Shown: positions 25,155 through 25,580 of the stretch, piece after piece | Position numbering within the stretch: position 1 is the first letter of the stretch | How the letters are laid out: each line of letters begins with the position of its first letter | Source: Spirochaetota bacterium | Lineage (GTDB): Bacteria > Spirochaetota > Spirochaetia > Treponematales > Rectinemataceae | Length of the DNA: 25,580 nucleotides | NCBI GenBank assembly: GCA_023421875.1 | Contig: JAEZSM010000037.1 | Coordinates: 1 to 25,580 of the forward strand | Direction: 5' to 3' | Made by a program: the position numbers and the translations under genes | The notes under the pieces: generated by a model | Databases searched by the model: none | The model's input: only the letters and a program-made list of their open reading frames with translations | Told to the model about the DNA's origin: nothing

Positions 25155-25580
25155 TCATTTCTCCCCAAAGTTCCAGCAGGCCACAAAATGTCCTGGGTCC
25201 ACTTCCGCCAGAGGCGGTGCCGAGGTTTCGCAACTGGGTTTTTTATGGGCACAACGGGCCGCGAACCTGCATCCCGTAACGAACTTGTCGATGGTCGGGA
25301 CGGTTCCGGGGATCGAATACAGCTCCCCGTCGCCATGGGAAAGTGAGGGGATCGATGCCATGAGGCCGGCGGTATAGGGGTGGGAGTGCCGATTGAAAAT
25401 GTAGTCCACCGAACCTTTTTCCACTATTTGACCGGCATACATGACAACCGCTTCATCGCAGGTTTCGGCGACTACTCCTAAATTATGGGTAATCAGCATC
25501 ATCGAGCTTCCACTTTCATTCACCAGCTTTTTCATGAGTTCGAGCACCTGGGCCTGGATGGTTACATCCAGCGCGGTGGT
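25155..25580 (-). CDS. Peptide ABC ATP-binding protein (DppD/OppD-like), 3' part; gene begins beyond the window
   Basis: The frame is open to the window edge: TTALDVTIQAQVL, ITHNLGVV, VMYAGQIVE, HPYT, CRFAARC...AC. Confidence 0.92.
   Translation of the reverse strand, partial: TTALDVTIQAQVLELMKKLVNESGSSMMLITHNLGVVAETCDEAVVMYAGQIVEKGSVDYIFNRHSHPYTAGLMASIPSLSHGDGELYSIPGTVPTIDKFVTGCRFAARCAHKKPSCETSAPPLAEVDPGHFVACWNFGEK

Noticed and set aside
25154..25336. N-terminal extension of the DppF-like ORF
   Set aside because: It overlaps the DppD-like gene; the ABC domain begins at 25153 behind a GGAGA SD.
1..25580. CRISPR arrays, IS elements, integrases, tRNA/rRNA genes, defence or toxin genes
   Set aside because: No repeat-spacer periodicity, transposase motifs or RNA-gene signatures seen; intergenic gaps are all under about 200 bp.

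Overview
GC-rich bacterial chromosomal window that is almost fully coding, mostly on the minus strand. It is probably from a spirochaete; this is inferred from the LSSC lipobox and protein styles and is not proven. Contents in order: (1) the 5' end of a ZupT/ZIP metal transporter and a YczE/YitT membrane protein; (2) a NimA/PNPOx-like flavoprotein, an iron-containing alcohol dehydrogenase and a MATE pump; (3) a polar amino-acid ABC transporter, a purine phosphoribosyltransferase resembling the yeast Hpt1/Xpt1 type, and a small 3-TM protein; (4) a metal-homeostasis block in which fur-feoA-feoB (+) converges on and overlaps znuA-znuC-znuB-zur-like (-), each operon preceded by its own Fur-type palindrome; (5) a 7TMR-DISM sensor with a degenerate GGDEF domain coupled to an 8-TM protein, then trpR-like and ttcA-like genes; (6) a peptide ABC cluster carrying an N-acyl-D-amino-acid deacylase and an M19 dipeptidase. 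No mobile elements, CRISPR arrays, tRNA or rRNA genes were seen. No wholly new system can be proven from sequence alone. The best leads are the Fe/Zn convergent two-Fur locus, the probable D-amino-acid peptide salvage operon, the apparently inactive GGDEF receptor module, and repeated leaderless or non-canonical translation signals.
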